Positions 19,158 through 29,593 of a stretch of DNA of 42,413 nucleotides are shown here, in pieces. The stretch comes from Myxococcota bacterium (lineage in GTDB: Bacteria; Myxococcota; XYA12-FULL-58-9; JABJBS01). The notes below the pieces were generated by a model, which saw nothing but the letters and a program-made list of their open reading frames with translations, did no database searches and was not told the origin of the DNA. Where the stretch lies: assembly GCA_036339465.1 (NCBI GenBank), contig JAYZAY010000097.1, positions 1 to 42,413 of the forward strand, given 5' to 3'. The position numbers and the translations under genes were made by a program. Position 1 is the first letter of the stretch, and the number at the start of each line of letters is the position of its first letter.

Positions 19158-21674
19158 ATGGGAGTGAAACTCCAATGGCCGAATTCTGAGCCCATCGATG
19201 CGTATCTAAAAGATTGCATTGACTATACTCGGAAGTATCCCGTGTGGTTGATGACCGCACAACCCGGTGCTGGTAAAACGACTCGATTGCCACCGGCCTT
19301 ACTTCAATCGTTTGAGGACCATTTGACGGTTGTGGTTCAACCCCGTCGGATTGCGGCCCGAATGGCGGCAGAGTATCTGATCGGATTGCATCCCTCAATC
19401 GCAGCCCGGATTGGGTATGAGTTTCGTTTTGAATCTACTCGTACGAAATCTACACGGTTGCTATTTACAACCGATGGCATGTTCTTGCGGCAGCTCATGG
19501 GGGGGAAATATCGAGGTGAGAAGCTGATTTTGGTTTTAGATGAATTTCACGAACGGCGGATTGCGGGGGATTTACTTTTAGCTCTGGGTTACCGAGCACA
19601 AAAAGAAACGGAAAAAGCTTGGAAGGTGATTGTGATGTCTGCCACGTTGCAGGCGGATACGATTATGGCTCGATTTGGCGACCTTCCTATTCTCGAAATA
19701 CCTGGGCGAACTTATCCGGTTGAACTCGACTATCTTTCTGTACGGTTGTTGAAAGAAAAGTTGGAACGTAATCTCTTGGTGGCCCTGAAAAAAAATTATC
19801 AGGAGGGTGAAATGGGCAGTGCTTTGGTCTTTTTACCTGGAGTGGGTGAGATCAATCGGGCCATGAAGGATTGTGCGCCATGGGCGAAAGAGAAAGGTTT
19901 TTCACTTTTTGCACTCCATGGGAATTTGAGTCCAGATGAACAGCGAAGAGCGGTGAAAGAAGGTTCTCGTCCCAGAGTGGTTTTTGCGACGAATGTGGCG
20001 GAAACATCGTTGACCGTCGAAGGGATCACCACGGTGATTGATTCTGGCCTTGAGAGACGGGCTACTTTCGAGGATGACGTGGGAATTTTGGGGCTAGAGT
20101 TGGCTCCCATCAGCCAGGCATCGGCAATTCAGCGGGCGGGTCGGGCTGGTAGAACCATGGCTGGCCAATGTTATCGTCTTTTTACTGAAAATGATTTCAA
20201 ATTGAGGCAAGAGCAGACCCGGCCAGAAATTGTTCATGCGGATTTGTTGAACTATGAATTAATGTTGGCGGTGCATGGTCTTTCATTGGGGTCGATCCCG
20301 CTATTAACTTCCCCCCGCGAGTCTGCTTTATTGAGGGCTCAAGCGGTGCTTGAGCTTTTGGGGGCGACTCAAGACGACGTTGCGACGCCCTTGGGTTGCG
20401 AGTTGGCGGCGTTGCCAATGCAACCCCGGGTGGCGAAATTTTTTCACGAAGGTAAAGACCTTCTTCCTTCGGAAATCCATCTTCCATTAACAGTGCTCTT
20501 GAGTCAAAGTGAATGGTTTAGGGATAGACCGCCGGTGGATCACCGGGAGGATTGCGACCTACTACTTCGGGTTGAACATCTCGTCGGTAAGAGGGAGGCT
20601 TGGCAACCTCCTTGGGCCCATATGTTTCGTCGGGTTTTGAAGCAATATCGAAAGTTCTTACCTAAGCAAATCGGTTTTCCTTCGGAAGATTGGACTGAAG
20701 TTTATAAGAGGGTTTTAATTCGCGCATTTCCTGACCGATTGGCGAAACGGGTCAAGGCAAACTCAAAGGAATGGCTCTTGGTGGGTGGGAGTCGTTGTAT
20801 CGAAGGGCCCTCCACTTGTGTTTCCAGTGATGGTGAATGGGGCGTGGTTGTAAGTCTTAGGCGGGCCCATCGGGGTATGAAAACGATCCCAGAGATTTCG
20901 GCACTTTCGTTGGTAGAGCGTGATTGGGTTTTCGAAGAACGACTTGACTTTATGGAAGAGTCGATTGAATTGATTTGGAATGACAATCTGTTTCGGGTTG
21001 AACAAATTGAATCCATAAAACTTGGTGCCATTAATTTTGAAACCAATAAGACGATCCCTAGGCCTTCTAAGGAAGCTGCCACGGTTTTGGTTCGTGAGTT
21101 AAAACGGAGTGGCTTGGCTAAGTTGAAGTGGGTGGGGTTGATTGAGGTGTTCAGAGCCAGAGTGGAAAGCGCGTTAAAAGAGGTTCCCTGGGGGAGTGGA
21201 ATTGAGTTTGAGGAATGGCTGCATGATTGTCTGTTGGAATTGGGTGAGCATCATGGTGGATACCGCGAACTAGAATCACTGGATTTTCAGTCAGCCTTGA
21301 AGGGGCGGTTGGGTTGGGAGCTGGCGCAGGAATTGGATTACCTGGCCCCGAGGACGTTACATCTAAGCAACAACAAGAAATTTTCAGTGCATTACGAGAT
21401 TGGGAGAGCGCCATGGGTTCGGGGATATATCCAAGACTTTTTTGGGCTCGACTCTTTGCCCACCCATATTGGTAAGCGGGAGGGGCTAACGGTGGAGCTT
21501 TTGGCACCGAACAAACGGCCGGTTCAGGTCACTGCAGATCTAGGTGGGTTTTGGCAGAATCACTACCCGAATTTGGTGAAGGGGCTATCGAGGCGTTATC
21601 CACGTCATTATTGGCCAGACGAACCCATGACGGCCAACCCCCTATTGTTAAAGCGTTATCTTCATAAGCCATGA
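19158..21674 (+). CDS. hrpB: ATP-dependent helicase HrpB
   Basis: GAGKTT, DEFHER, MSAT, ATNVAETSLT, QRAGRAGR; C-terminal PVQVT...RYPRHYWPDEP. Confidence 0.95.
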   Translation: MGVKLQWPNSEPIDAYLKDCIDYTRKYPVWLMTAQPGAGKTTRLPPALLQSFEDHLTVVVQPRRIAARMAAEYLIGLHPSIAARIGYEFRFESTRTKSTRLLFTTDGMFLRQLMGGKYRGEKLILVLDEFHERRIAGDLLLALGYRAQKETEKAWKVIVMSATLQADTIMARFGDLPILEIPGRTYPVELDYLSVRLLKEKLERNLLVALKKNYQEGEMGSALVFLPGVGEINRAMKDCAPWAKEKGFSLFALHGNLSPDEQRRAVKEGSRPRVVFATNVAETSLTVEGITTVIDSGLERRATFEDDVGILGLELAPISQASAIQRAGRAGRTMAGQCYRLFTENDFKLRQEQTRPEIVHADLLNYELMLAVHGLSLGSIPLLTSPRESALLRAQAVLELLGATQDDVATPLGCELAALPMQPRVAKFFHEGKDLLPSEIHLPLTVLLSQSEWFRDRPPVDHREDCDLLLRVEHLVGKREAWQPPWAHMFRRVLKQYRKFLPKQIGFPSEDWTEVYKRVLIRAFPDRLAKRVKANSKEWLLVGGSRCIEGPSTCVSSDGEWGVVVSLRRAHRGMKTIPEISALSLVERDWVFEERLDFMEESIELIWNDNLFRVEQIESIKLGAINFETNKTIPRPSKEAATVLVRELKRSGLAKLKWVGLIEVFRARVESALKEVPWGSGIEFEEWLHDCLLELGEHHGGYRELESLDFQSALKGRLGWELAQELDYLAPRTLHLSNNKKFSVHYEIGRAPWVRGYIQDFFGLDSLPTHIGKREGLTVELLAPNKRPVQVTADLGGFWQNHYPNLVKGLSRRYPRHYWPDEPMTANPLLLKRYLHKP

Positions 21675-21732
21675 TTTATCCATTATTTTCGGAGGTATCT
21701 GAGTTGACCATGGCGCCCAGAAAGGTGACAAG

Positions 21733-23955
21733 ATGGTTATGAACCGAAAACGAAGACGTAAAGGTGGTGGAAGTCGGCAAGATGATGGTCGTCGGCGCTA
21801 CCCTAAGCGCAGGCGTAGCCATAAATCCGATTCACCACAGACAACAGTTGGGGTGCTTGTCATCCATAAGGATGGTTCAGGAACGGTTATGTCCGAAGAT
21901 GCCAAGATTGGGCAGCTTTTTGTTCCGGAGGAATGGATTGGTAATTTTGGGGATGGGCAGCGGGTCCGGGCAGAGGTTTCGGTGGGACGGAAAGGGCGTT
22001 TAAAAGCACGTCCTCTGATTGAAGAAGCGCGTCGTCGATATCAAATTGCGAGTACCCGGGCGCGGGGCGAAGAAATTATTGCTTATTCTACCGATACTCG
22101 TGAGTTTTGGGCTCTGGTGGATATCGACGAGGACGACCGCAGCGAGTTTCTCTTCGGTGTGGTGGTGGTGGTGGAAGAAGTTGACCGAGGCTGCTACGAA
22201 GAAGGAAGAATGCCACAAGCCAGGGTTGTCGAGGTGTTGGGCGATATTCAAGATGAACGTACACAGATTGAGATGGCCACTTGGGGGCAGGACATTCCCA
22301 AACACTTTTCCGATGCTACTCTTGAGGAGGTGGAAGGTTTTGTTCAGCCACAAGAGGATGAATCCCTTTGGGTGGGCCGTAAAGATCTCAGGAATATTCC
22401 CTTTGTTACGATTGATGGTGCCGATGCCCGCGATTTTGATGATGCGGTTGCGGCTCGACTCGAAAAGGATGGCATTAGGGTATGGGTTTCCATTGCGGAT
22501 GTGGCAACTTATGTAAAGGAGGATGCTCCTTTGGATCGCGATGCGATTGATCGAGCCACCAGCGTTTATTTTCCCCATAAAGTCGTTCCTATGTTGCCAG
22601 AGAGGTTGTCCAATGATCTGTGCTCGCTTCGTCCAGATGTTATTCGATTGACCCTTACGTGTGAATTTGTGGTGGACCGAAATGGGAAGCCTTTTAAAAC
22701 CGATGTTTATCCTTCTTTGATAAGGAGTCATGCCCGGCTGACCTATGAACAAGTCCAGGAATTCTTTGACCCAGGGAGTGAAAGTGCAAACGATTGGTTG
22801 GATGCGGTCAAGGATTCTGTGACTCAGGTTCGAAAGGCGGCAGGGTGGTTAAGGCAAGAGCGGTCTGAGCGAGGGGCCTTAGATTTTGATTTTCCTGAGA
22901 TGGCAGCGAAATTAACCGACGATGGGCGTCCTGAATGTATGGAATTGAGAGAGCGGCTCGAAAGCCATCGTGTGATCGAAGACATGATGATTGGTGCCAA
23001 TGAGGTGGTCGCCGAATACACATTGGCGAACGGGATTTCCGCTCTTTATCGCGTTCACAATGAGCCGAAACCCGAGAAATTGAAGGTATTGGGGCGCTAT
23101 GCTCGGCTTTTTCAACTTGGAATTGATTACCGACGCGCGATGGACCCAAAGTATGTGCCGCAGCTCGTTAGAGCCTTACAGGCTTCGGATAAAGCCAAGG
23201 CAGCTCAACTTCTTTTCTTACAGACCCTTGAACAAGCATGCTATGGTCCGGAGAATTTAGGCCACTATGGGTTGGGTTCTGCGGCTTACTTGCATTTTAC
23301 TTCACCCATCAGACGCTATCCCGATTTGGTTGTCCACCGCATGCTTTGGCGGTATTGGCGCGGTGAAGACTGTCAAGCGGATTTACGGGGCTTGGGTGAA
23401 GAAACGTCGACGAAGGAACGTCGGGCGGTTAAAGCTGAGCGGGATGTTTCAAATTTGATTGGCACCCTTTTAGCGAAGCGACACTTGGGGGAAACCTTCA
23501 AGGCAACTGTAACCGGAGTGCATCCGGTCGGACTTTTTATGCGCCTCGATTCGTTATGGGTAGATGGGCTTCTACCTATCGAACAGCTTTCGAAGAATTT
23601 TCGGGATTATTTTGATTATGTGGAAGAACGGCTTCACCTTTTTGGGCGTCGAAGTAAGCGAATTTTTGAGTTTGGGGATGAACTTGAAGTTTGTGTTGTA
23701 GATGTGGATCCGGATTTGCGGCGGATACGTCTGGGGCTCAAGTTGGGCATTGAGAAAAAAGAGGTTGAGGCTGAGGTTGAGGCTGACTCTGTTTTGGAGG
23801 CGGCAAAGATGGATTATCTTGCACGGGCGAGAGAACGTTTTGGCAGTAATACATCCGGTGGAGCTTCGAAGAAAAATTCAAGGGGCGGTGGAAAAAAACC
23901 TGCGGCGGGTCGTGGCAAAAAAAAGATTAAAAAATCGACAAAGAACCCCCGTTGA
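21733..23955 (+). CDS. rnr: Ribonuclease R (RNB domain + S1)
   Basis: TIDGADARDFDDAV, LSNDLCSL, HFTSPIRRYPDLVVHR, S1 domain, basic tails. Confidence 0.93.
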   Translation: MVMNRKRRRKGGGSRQDDGRRRYPKRRRSHKSDSPQTTVGVLVIHKDGSGTVMSEDAKIGQLFVPEEWIGNFGDGQRVRAEVSVGRKGRLKARPLIEEARRRYQIASTRARGEEIIAYSTDTREFWALVDIDEDDRSEFLFGVVVVVEEVDRGCYEEGRMPQARVVEVLGDIQDERTQIEMATWGQDIPKHFSDATLEEVEGFVQPQEDESLWVGRKDLRNIPFVTIDGADARDFDDAVAARLEKDGIRVWVSIADVATYVKEDAPLDRDAIDRATSVYFPHKVVPMLPERLSNDLCSLRPDVIRLTLTCEFVVDRNGKPFKTDVYPSLIRSHARLTYEQVQEFFDPGSESANDWLDAVKDSVTQVRKAAGWLRQERSERGALDFDFPEMAAKLTDDGRPECMELRERLESHRVIEDMMIGANEVVAEYTLANGISALYRVHNEPKPEKLKVLGRYARLFQLGIDYRRAMDPKYVPQLVRALQASDKAKAAQLLFLQTLEQACYGPENLGHYGLGSAAYLHFTSPIRRYPDLVVHRMLWRYWRGEDCQADLRGLGEETSTKERRAVKAERDVSNLIGTLLAKRHLGETFKATVTGVHPVGLFMRLDSLWVDGLLPIEQLSKNFRDYFDYVEERLHLFGRRSKRIFEFGDELEVCVVDVDPDLRRIRLGLKLGIEKKEVEAEVEADSVLEAAKMDYLARARERFGSNTSGGASKKNSRGGGKKPAAGRGKKKIKKSTKNPR

Positions 23956-23986
23956 TTCAGAGTGACTCAATAAAAGTATCGTTTTG

Positions 23987-24634
23987 CTACTGAAGCCAGG
24001 TAGGTTCAAAGTCAGGGGATGCTAGCTCTATCTCAAAAAGAGCATTAAGTAGTTGGGCTCTTTGGATGAGGCCTGCGGCTTCTAGAAGCACTTGTTTGTC
24101 TCCGGGGTCGAATGGGGCGCCCATGCAGATTGCATTTACAAACTCTTCGTCTTTAGCTTGTTCAATCAAGTCCCAAGCGATATTGAAAGAACGCGACTTC
24201 GCGAATTTTCGTAGTTGTTCCAATAGGGGCTTCCTGTTTAATTTCCTATGATTCTGCGGACATAGGTCATCCATAAATGGCTCGAAATCAGGGACGATGA
24301 CTCGGTAGCCTGAGTCGGTAAGGGGAAGTTCTTGTCTTATTGAGAATCGACAAACACCCGTGAGGACAATATAAAAATGTCCGTCCTGTGTTTCTTGGTG
24401 GGACGTGAGTCTTCCGAGGCAGCCGGTGCTATAAAGTTGGGGCATTGTTTCCGGATATTCAATGACCTTTGGCTGGATCATCCCGATTAACTTAGCATCT
24501 TCGATGGCCTCTTGAATCATGAGGCGGTATCTTGGTTCGAACACATGCAATGGTAAATTGGTTCTGGGTAGAAGGAGACAACCTGGCAAAGGGAAAATTG
24601 GAAGGTGGTCTAAAACGGTTTCAATTTCAAGCAC
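23987..24634 (-). CDS. Stand-alone LON peptidase substrate-binding domain protein
   Basis: LPIFPL...LPLHVFEPRYRLM, GCLGR, LTGVCRF, KQVLLEA; GTG 24634 preceded by GAGG. Confidence 0.88.
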   Translation of the reverse strand: MLEIETVLDHLPIFPLPGCLLLPRTNLPLHVFEPRYRLMIQEAIEDAKLIGMIQPKVIEYPETMPQLYSTGCLGRLTSHQETQDGHFYIVLTGVCRFSIRQELPLTDSGYRVIVPDFEPFMDDLCPQNHRKLNRKPLLEQLRKFAKSRSFNIAWDLIEQAKDEEFVNAICMGAPFDPGDKQVLLEAAGLIQRAQLLNALFEIELASPDFEPTWLQ

Positions 24635-24791
24635 GGCGACGACCTCGGGTATTTTTCGAAAACACCTGATACGATGAATTCTACCAGATTCTAGCTTTGC
24701 ACTCATCGTTTTTTTGAAGAGGCGTTTGTTTTAACTCGGGCAAATAGATCTCGTTATATTCAGGGCTTATGTGTGGAAGTGGGTGCCGGGT

Positions 24792-25724
24792 TTACATGTC
24801 GTCTGATTCGGTTTTTAGCTTGAGTTTAGCGCTGCATTCTCCGGGGGCCTCGGCCTCGCAGTTGGCTGAGGTGATACAATTTGTATACTCAGAAAAACTC
24901 TCTTCGGAGAAATTAACGAATATACGGTTACATGCCTTTTTGTTTGTGAAACCAAGGTTGGTATTGCAGTGCTCAAGGTAATTGATGAGTTCTTCGCAAT
25001 TTGAGTCTGTAGGTGGTTTGGGTGCAAGGCGGAATTCATTGATACAGGCCAATCTCTCTTCGAGTTCTTCGCATTGAAGAGGCTGTATGCATTTTGCATA
25101 CTCAAACAGGCTTTCCACTGAGAATAGTTCGGTTTGGAGTAGGCAGGATCCAATATCTTCTGCTTCTAGTTTAAACCCTCCCAGATTTGGGAGGTCACAG
25201 CCCTGGCTCCATTGTACGATGATCGAACAGGCTTGGAGGGCCATTACTGTGGGCGGTGCTGATAGGGTTGAGCCACAAGTGTCAAAGCGGTCGTCATTTT
25301 CTTTTAGGCAGCCCGGCTTGGTTACACATTCAACCCAACTCGAAAATACGTTGGAGGCGACCCCTTGGGATAAAGCACTGCAGTTGTCGTCTGTTGCTGT
25401 GGGTTCTAGTCCACATGCAGCTGACCATACGCGGTATTTTTCGCAGCTATTGGCACCTGTAAGTTTCAGTGCTGTTTCTGCACAATCATTGACTGCGCGG
25501 GATTCGTAGCATGCTGTTTTAAGCACACAGTCGGCGAAGGGGTCGAATCGCTGTGGGGTCAGTTCCCTGCGAACTTGATGGCAAAGGCTTTGGCTTGAAT
25601 CGACATACCGTGATTTCGGTTGCCCACAAAGATGGCTTCTTTCTTTGAGCGCTTCGCATGGTGATGAAGAGAAACACCCACAAAGAACACTCAATAAAGC
25701 ACCCAGATAAACAAATCTCGCCAT
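24792..25724 (-). CDS. Lipoprotein with four tandem six-cysteine domains
   Basis: Lipobox LCGC; four repeats with the same Cys spacing (see findings). Confidence 0.8.
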   Translation of the reverse strand: MARFVYLGALLSVLCGCFSSSPCEALKERSHLCGQPKSRYVDSSQSLCHQVRRELTPQRFDPFADCVLKTACYESRAVNDCAETALKLTGANSCEKYRVWSAACGLEPTATDDNCSALSQGVASNVFSSWVECVTKPGCLKENDDRFDTCGSTLSAPPTVMALQACSIIVQWSQGCDLPNLGGFKLEAEDIGSCLLQTELFSVESLFEYAKCIQPLQCEELEERLACINEFRLAPKPPTDSNCEELINYLEHCNTNLGFTNKKACNRIFVNFSEESFSEYTNCITSANCEAEAPGECSAKLKLKTESDDM

Positions 25725-25809
25725 GACGGTAGCTTGCCGCAAACGAGTCGTATTGGCCAGTGGAGAATGTAGGTGGGCTTAGGGGTGGGTGGGGTTAAAC
25801 GTACGCAAA

Positions 25810-26466
25810 CTAGTTATTGGCGGCCATCTTGTTGACTTCAGCGGCGAAATCTTCGCTCTTTTTCTCAAGACCGGCACCAAGTTCAAACCGAGTGTATCGA
25901 CGAATGGCGATTTTTTCGCCGATTTTCGCGATAAGGTCGTTTTGAATCTCTTCAACGCTTTGCTTGGGCTCCTTGACAAAGGGTTGTTCAAGAAGACAAT
26001 TTTCTTTGAAGAACTTGTTTAAGCGACCTTCAACTATTTTTTGAATCACTTCTGCGGGTTTCCCTTCGTCGGCGATTTGCGCAGAAAGGATTTCCTTTTC
26101 TTTTTCCACTGTATCGTTAGGAACCTCTTCCCGTGAGAGAAATTGAGGATTCGCGGCTGCAACATGCATGGCCACGTCCCGGACGAAGTTTTGAAAATCA
26201 TCGTTTCGAGCCACGAAATCAGTCTCGCAGTTCACTTCAAGGAGAACGCCAATTTTTCCACCGGCGTGAATATAGCTGCCGACGAGGCCTTCGGAGGCAA
26301 TCCGTCCCGCTTTCTTCTGGCTGGCTGCCATTCCCTGCTTCCTAAGAAATTCAATGGCCTTACCCAGGTTACCGTCTGCTTCACTAAGTGCTTTCTTACA
26401 GTCCATGATTCCCGCACCGGTTTGGCTGCGAAGTTCTTGAACCATTTTTGCTGAAATTGCCATCAT
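25810..26466 (-). CDS. tsf: Translation elongation factor Ts (short form)
   Basis: LRSQTGAGIMDCKKAL, EVNCETDFVARN, CLLEQPFVK. Confidence 0.98.
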   Translation of the reverse strand: MMAISAKMVQELRSQTGAGIMDCKKALSEADGNLGKAIEFLRKQGMAASQKKAGRIASEGLVGSYIHAGGKIGVLLEVNCETDFVARNDDFQNFVRDVAMHVAAANPQFLSREEVPNDTVEKEKEILSAQIADEGKPAEVIQKIVEGRLNKFFKENCLLEQPFVKEPKQSVEEIQNDLIAKIGEKIAIRRYTRFELGAGLEKKSEDFAAEVNKMAANN

Positions 26467-26501
26467 TCATATCCTCGTTAATGGTTAAACCAAGAGTAGA
26501 T

Positions 26502-27326
26502 TTATGCTTGTGCTGTTGTCGGTGGAGTGGTTTGACTTCCCGGAGCTCGGACAATCTCAACCTTTGGCCCTTTCGGTGGCTGCTCAGCTGTCTTTGCTGC
26601 AGGCTCAGGTGCTTTCTCAACAACTTGCGTTGCGGTTTTACCGAAAAGTTCTCCGCCTTCGCTGCATGCTTCCGCGGCTGCTTTAACAAAGACGCGGATC
26701 GAGCGAATTGCGTCGTCATTTGCGGGGATTGGGTAGTCGATATTTTGAGGGTTACAGTTGGTGTCGACGATGCCCACGACAGGGATCCCAAGCTTGTTGG
26801 CTTCTGCGTCGGCGATGTGTTCTTTTTTAACGTCAATCACGAAGAGCGCGCCGGGAAGCTTGGTCATATTTTTGATTCCACCCAGGTTTTTCTCGAGTTT
26901 ATCTTGCTCTCGCGTCAGGGTCAGAATCTCTTTTTTCTGTAGCTTTTCGTGGGTTCCGTCTTCTGCCATCTTTTCGATTTCTTTGAGGCGTTCAATACTA
27001 GTGCGAACGGTTCGGTAGTTGGTGAGACACCCGCCCAGCCAACGGAAATTGACGTAGTATTGGTCCGCGCTTTTGGCGAATTCCTGAATGACGTCTGAAG
27101 CTTGTCGTTTCGTACCGACGAAAAGAACCTTTTGTCCACGGGCTGTCACTGAATTGAGAAAATTCGCAGCCTTGTCAAAGAGTGGCACTGTTTGTTGGAG
27201 GTCGATGATGTAGATTCCATTTCTCGCTCCAAAGATAAATTGTTTCATTCGTGGGTCCCATCGATTGGTCTGGTGACCGAAATGAACCCCTGCTTCCAAC
27301 ATCTCGCGCATGCTTACTCGCGCCAT
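26502..27326 (-). CDS. rpsB: 30S ribosomal protein S2
   Basis: [56 protein letters not shown] before ATG 27326. Confidence 0.98.
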   Translation of the reverse strand: MARVSMREMLEAGVHFGHQTNRWDPRMKQFIFGARNGIYIIDLQQTVPLFDKAANFLNSVTARGQKVLFVGTKRQASDVIQEFAKSADQYYVNFRWLGGCLTNYRTVRTSIERLKEIEKMAEDGTHEKLQKKEILTLTREQDKLEKNLGGIKNMTKLPGALFVIDVKKEHIADAEANKLGIPVVGIVDTNCNPQNIDYPIPANDDAIRSIRVFVKAAAEACSEGGELFGKTATQVVEKAPEPAAKTAEQPPKGPKVEIVRAPGSQTTPPTTAQA

Positions 27327-27410
27327 TTTGAACTCCTTTTGCGGTTGTACCTCCGCCCTAGTTGCCTGTCCCTTTTGGGCACCGCTAGGCTTGTGCTTGG
27401 GCGTGTGATT
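27327..27410 (-). promoter_or_regulatory. rpsB 5' leader (t44/S2 autoregulatory RNA-like)
   Basis: Minus strand CACACGCCC...CCUAG-CGGUGCCC-AAAA-GGG...GGCA-A-CUAGG-GCGGAGG...AACC forms nested stems, with the GGUGC and GGAGG elements typical of rpsB leaders. Confidence 0.7.
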
Positions 27411-27590
27411 TAAGTAAAAAAATACTTTAATTACGGGCGGGTTACCATAAAATATTGTCCTTGGCAATGAAGATTTCTAGGGACATTATATTTTAGGTGG
27501 CTGTGAAGGTTCGCACTGGAGGGTGGATTGATGGAAAATCCTCAGCCAAACCTTACGCCTGTGGGCTTTACTGGGCGAAGTTTTGATCTT

Positions 27591-27624
27591 TGCGCGGGAG
27601 CCTTATGGACCGCGTGTTTTTTTT
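27591..27624 (+). terminator. Possible intrinsic terminator
   Basis: Stem TGCGCGG/CCGCGTG (two G-U pairs, 12-nt loop) followed by 8 T. Confidence 0.45.
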
Positions 27625-27950
27625 AGTTTAATTATAACAAGTAGGTAGCGCTCCTTCAGCGGACTGGTTCTGGTTTGGGGGCTCATGGTTTTCCGGTGAA
27701 CCTGGCTTAGTTAGAATGCTCGATTGAATTGGGCGGAGACAAGCCTTGGGCTGATGGGGTTTGAAATGCTTGGTGGTTGATTTGGGGAGATGGAGGCCCT
27801 TGGTTCACCGAGAGTGGAGCCGCAAGGTTGGCTTTGCAGGTGCAGGGCAAAGTTTGTAATGGTGTGGTTTCGGTCATTTCTTAAGCGCCTCCGTCATTGG
27901 GGATTTTTGATGCTGGATTTTTTGGACCGAACACGGTCTAACTATGGGGC

Positions 27951-29579
27951 ATGTGGAAGAACAATTTTCAAACATCAAGACGCGTGGCAACGGGGAAACG
28001 AATGAGCGAAGGTTGGTGGGTGACGGGGCTTGTTTGGAAGCTATTTTCGTTGACCTTTTTATCCTGTGGTATGGCGTGGGCGCAACCTTCATTGGTTTGG
28101 GTGCGTGGGGCGGACGCCGGGGCGTCTCGTATTGCAGAGACGGATATTGTCTCGGTCCTTGCGGCGGTTGAGAGCCCCCTTCGGGTGATCAACGAGGTTG
28201 AGTACGCTAGAATTGCCAAGGAACTCGGTTGCTCTCGAAATCACTTTGGAAAATCGAAATGTTTCAAAATTGTCGCAGCCCGTTTGGGGGCGGACTTGGT
28301 GCTGGTGATTGAAAGTTCACGTCGTCTCTTCCGGAAAGATCAGAGGGGACAAGATCAACTTTTTGGGAAGTTCACCCTCTACCGTCGTGAGCAAACCCGG
28401 TTATTGTTTGCCCGCCGGTTTATCTTGGAAGAGGGGAAGATTTCTGAATCGGTTCGTCATGAGGTGGGGGAAAATCTTTCCACGATTGTTTCTCAGTGGA
28501 GTGGTGGCAACGCGGTGGCAGACAGTGCTTCTACGCCCACGGTTCCGACTGGCTCGCAAGCGTCTCAGAGTGTGCCCATGGAGCAAACAGCTTCCCAAAG
28601 TAGGTCGGAGCTGTCTGTGGCTTCAAAGCCTGGGGAAGTTTTTGAGGTGGATGGGAGGTCACCCGAACTGGCCTCCGGAGGGGATGGGGATAGGTCGGAT
28701 GACTTTCCCTTGGATGCTAAAGAGGAAACCGTGAATGGTGACGAGGAAGCGCCGCGCTCCTCTGATTCCGAAGCAAACCCCGAGGATTTTGATTCTGGAG
28801 TTTTTCGCCATTTTCAGTTTGAGAAATCTCGGGGCCTCGTTTTTGAATTTGGAATGGCGAGTTTTCTCCGTCAAGGGGCGTTGGTCGAAGGGGATGTGCC
28901 ATTTGTGCATAAATTTGGTTATCAAGATTCGGTCGGATTTGAAAAAAGTAGGGTTGGGCTAAAGCTTGGTTTTTCTTTTTACCCCCTTAGATGGTGGCAG
29001 CCAACGGCGTGGTGGGCGCAATTTGGTTTGAAAGTCAGGGCCAATATGTACGGTCAAAAAGTGGAGCAAGAGGGTCATTTGGGCCTGACGGTGGAAGGGC
29101 GCTTGGTTACCGATATTCGGGCGGGTCTTTTGTGGGAAGAAGTTCTGACCGATTCGGCCCTCAGTCAGGTTCGCGTTGGTCTTATGTATGGAAGTCTCAA
29201 TTTTCCTGGGGGCCGTGGTTTTCCAGATATTGGTTATCGCTTTATGGAGTTAAAGGGAGGGATCACCATGATTTTGTCCGAGGATTTTGATTGTGGTGTG
29301 AATCTTGGATTGATGTATCCCCATCGGGTGAGTGGGCAAGTGGAGACCCTCGGAAATCCTAGAAGCAACTTCTTTTTTGGGTATGAATTTGGCACGCGGT
29401 TGGCCTACAGCTTGCCTTGGTTGGATGCGGTGGCTATGTCAGGCTTTGTGGATGTTGATTATCAATCCTTGCGGTTGAAATATGAAGGTTTAGGGGAATA
29501 TGACTCCACGCCGGTGGTGGGGGCGGATATTCGAGATGATACCTGGTCTTTGGCACTGGGGTTGAGGGTGGTTTTCTAG
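27951..29579 (+). CDS. Exported protein: N-terminal domain, acidic linker, C-terminal outer-membrane beta-barrel
   Basis: Signal peptide ending AWA-Q; Ser/Glu-rich linker; amphipathic strands; terminal WSLALGLRVVF. Start may be ATG 28002. Confidence 0.75.
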   Translation: MWKNNFQTSRRVATGKRMSEGWWVTGLVWKLFSLTFLSCGMAWAQPSLVWVRGADAGASRIAETDIVSVLAAVESPLRVINEVEYARIAKELGCSRNHFGKSKCFKIVAARLGADLVLVIESSRRLFRKDQRGQDQLFGKFTLYRREQTRLLFARRFILEEGKISESVRHEVGENLSTIVSQWSGGNAVADSASTPTVPTGSQASQSVPMEQTASQSRSELSVASKPGEVFEVDGRSPELASGGDGDRSDDFPLDAKEETVNGDEEAPRSSDSEANPEDFDSGVFRHFQFEKSRGLVFEFGMASFLRQGALVEGDVPFVHKFGYQDSVGFEKSRVGLKLGFSFYPLRWWQPTAWWAQFGLKVRANMYGQKVEQEGHLGLTVEGRLVTDIRAGLLWEEVLTDSALSQVRVGLMYGSLNFPGGRGFPDIGYRFMELKGGITMILSEDFDCGVNLGLMYPHRVSGQVETLGNPRSNFFFGYEFGTRLAYSLPWLDAVAMSGFVDVDYQSLRLKYEGLGEYDSTPVVGADIRDDTWSLALGLRVVF

Positions 29580-29593
29580 TCTCTTTTGGATCC

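Noticed and set aside
27327..27467. 47-codon N-terminal extension of RpsB in the ORF track
   Set aside because: It spans the structured leader; the SD and homology put the start at 27326.
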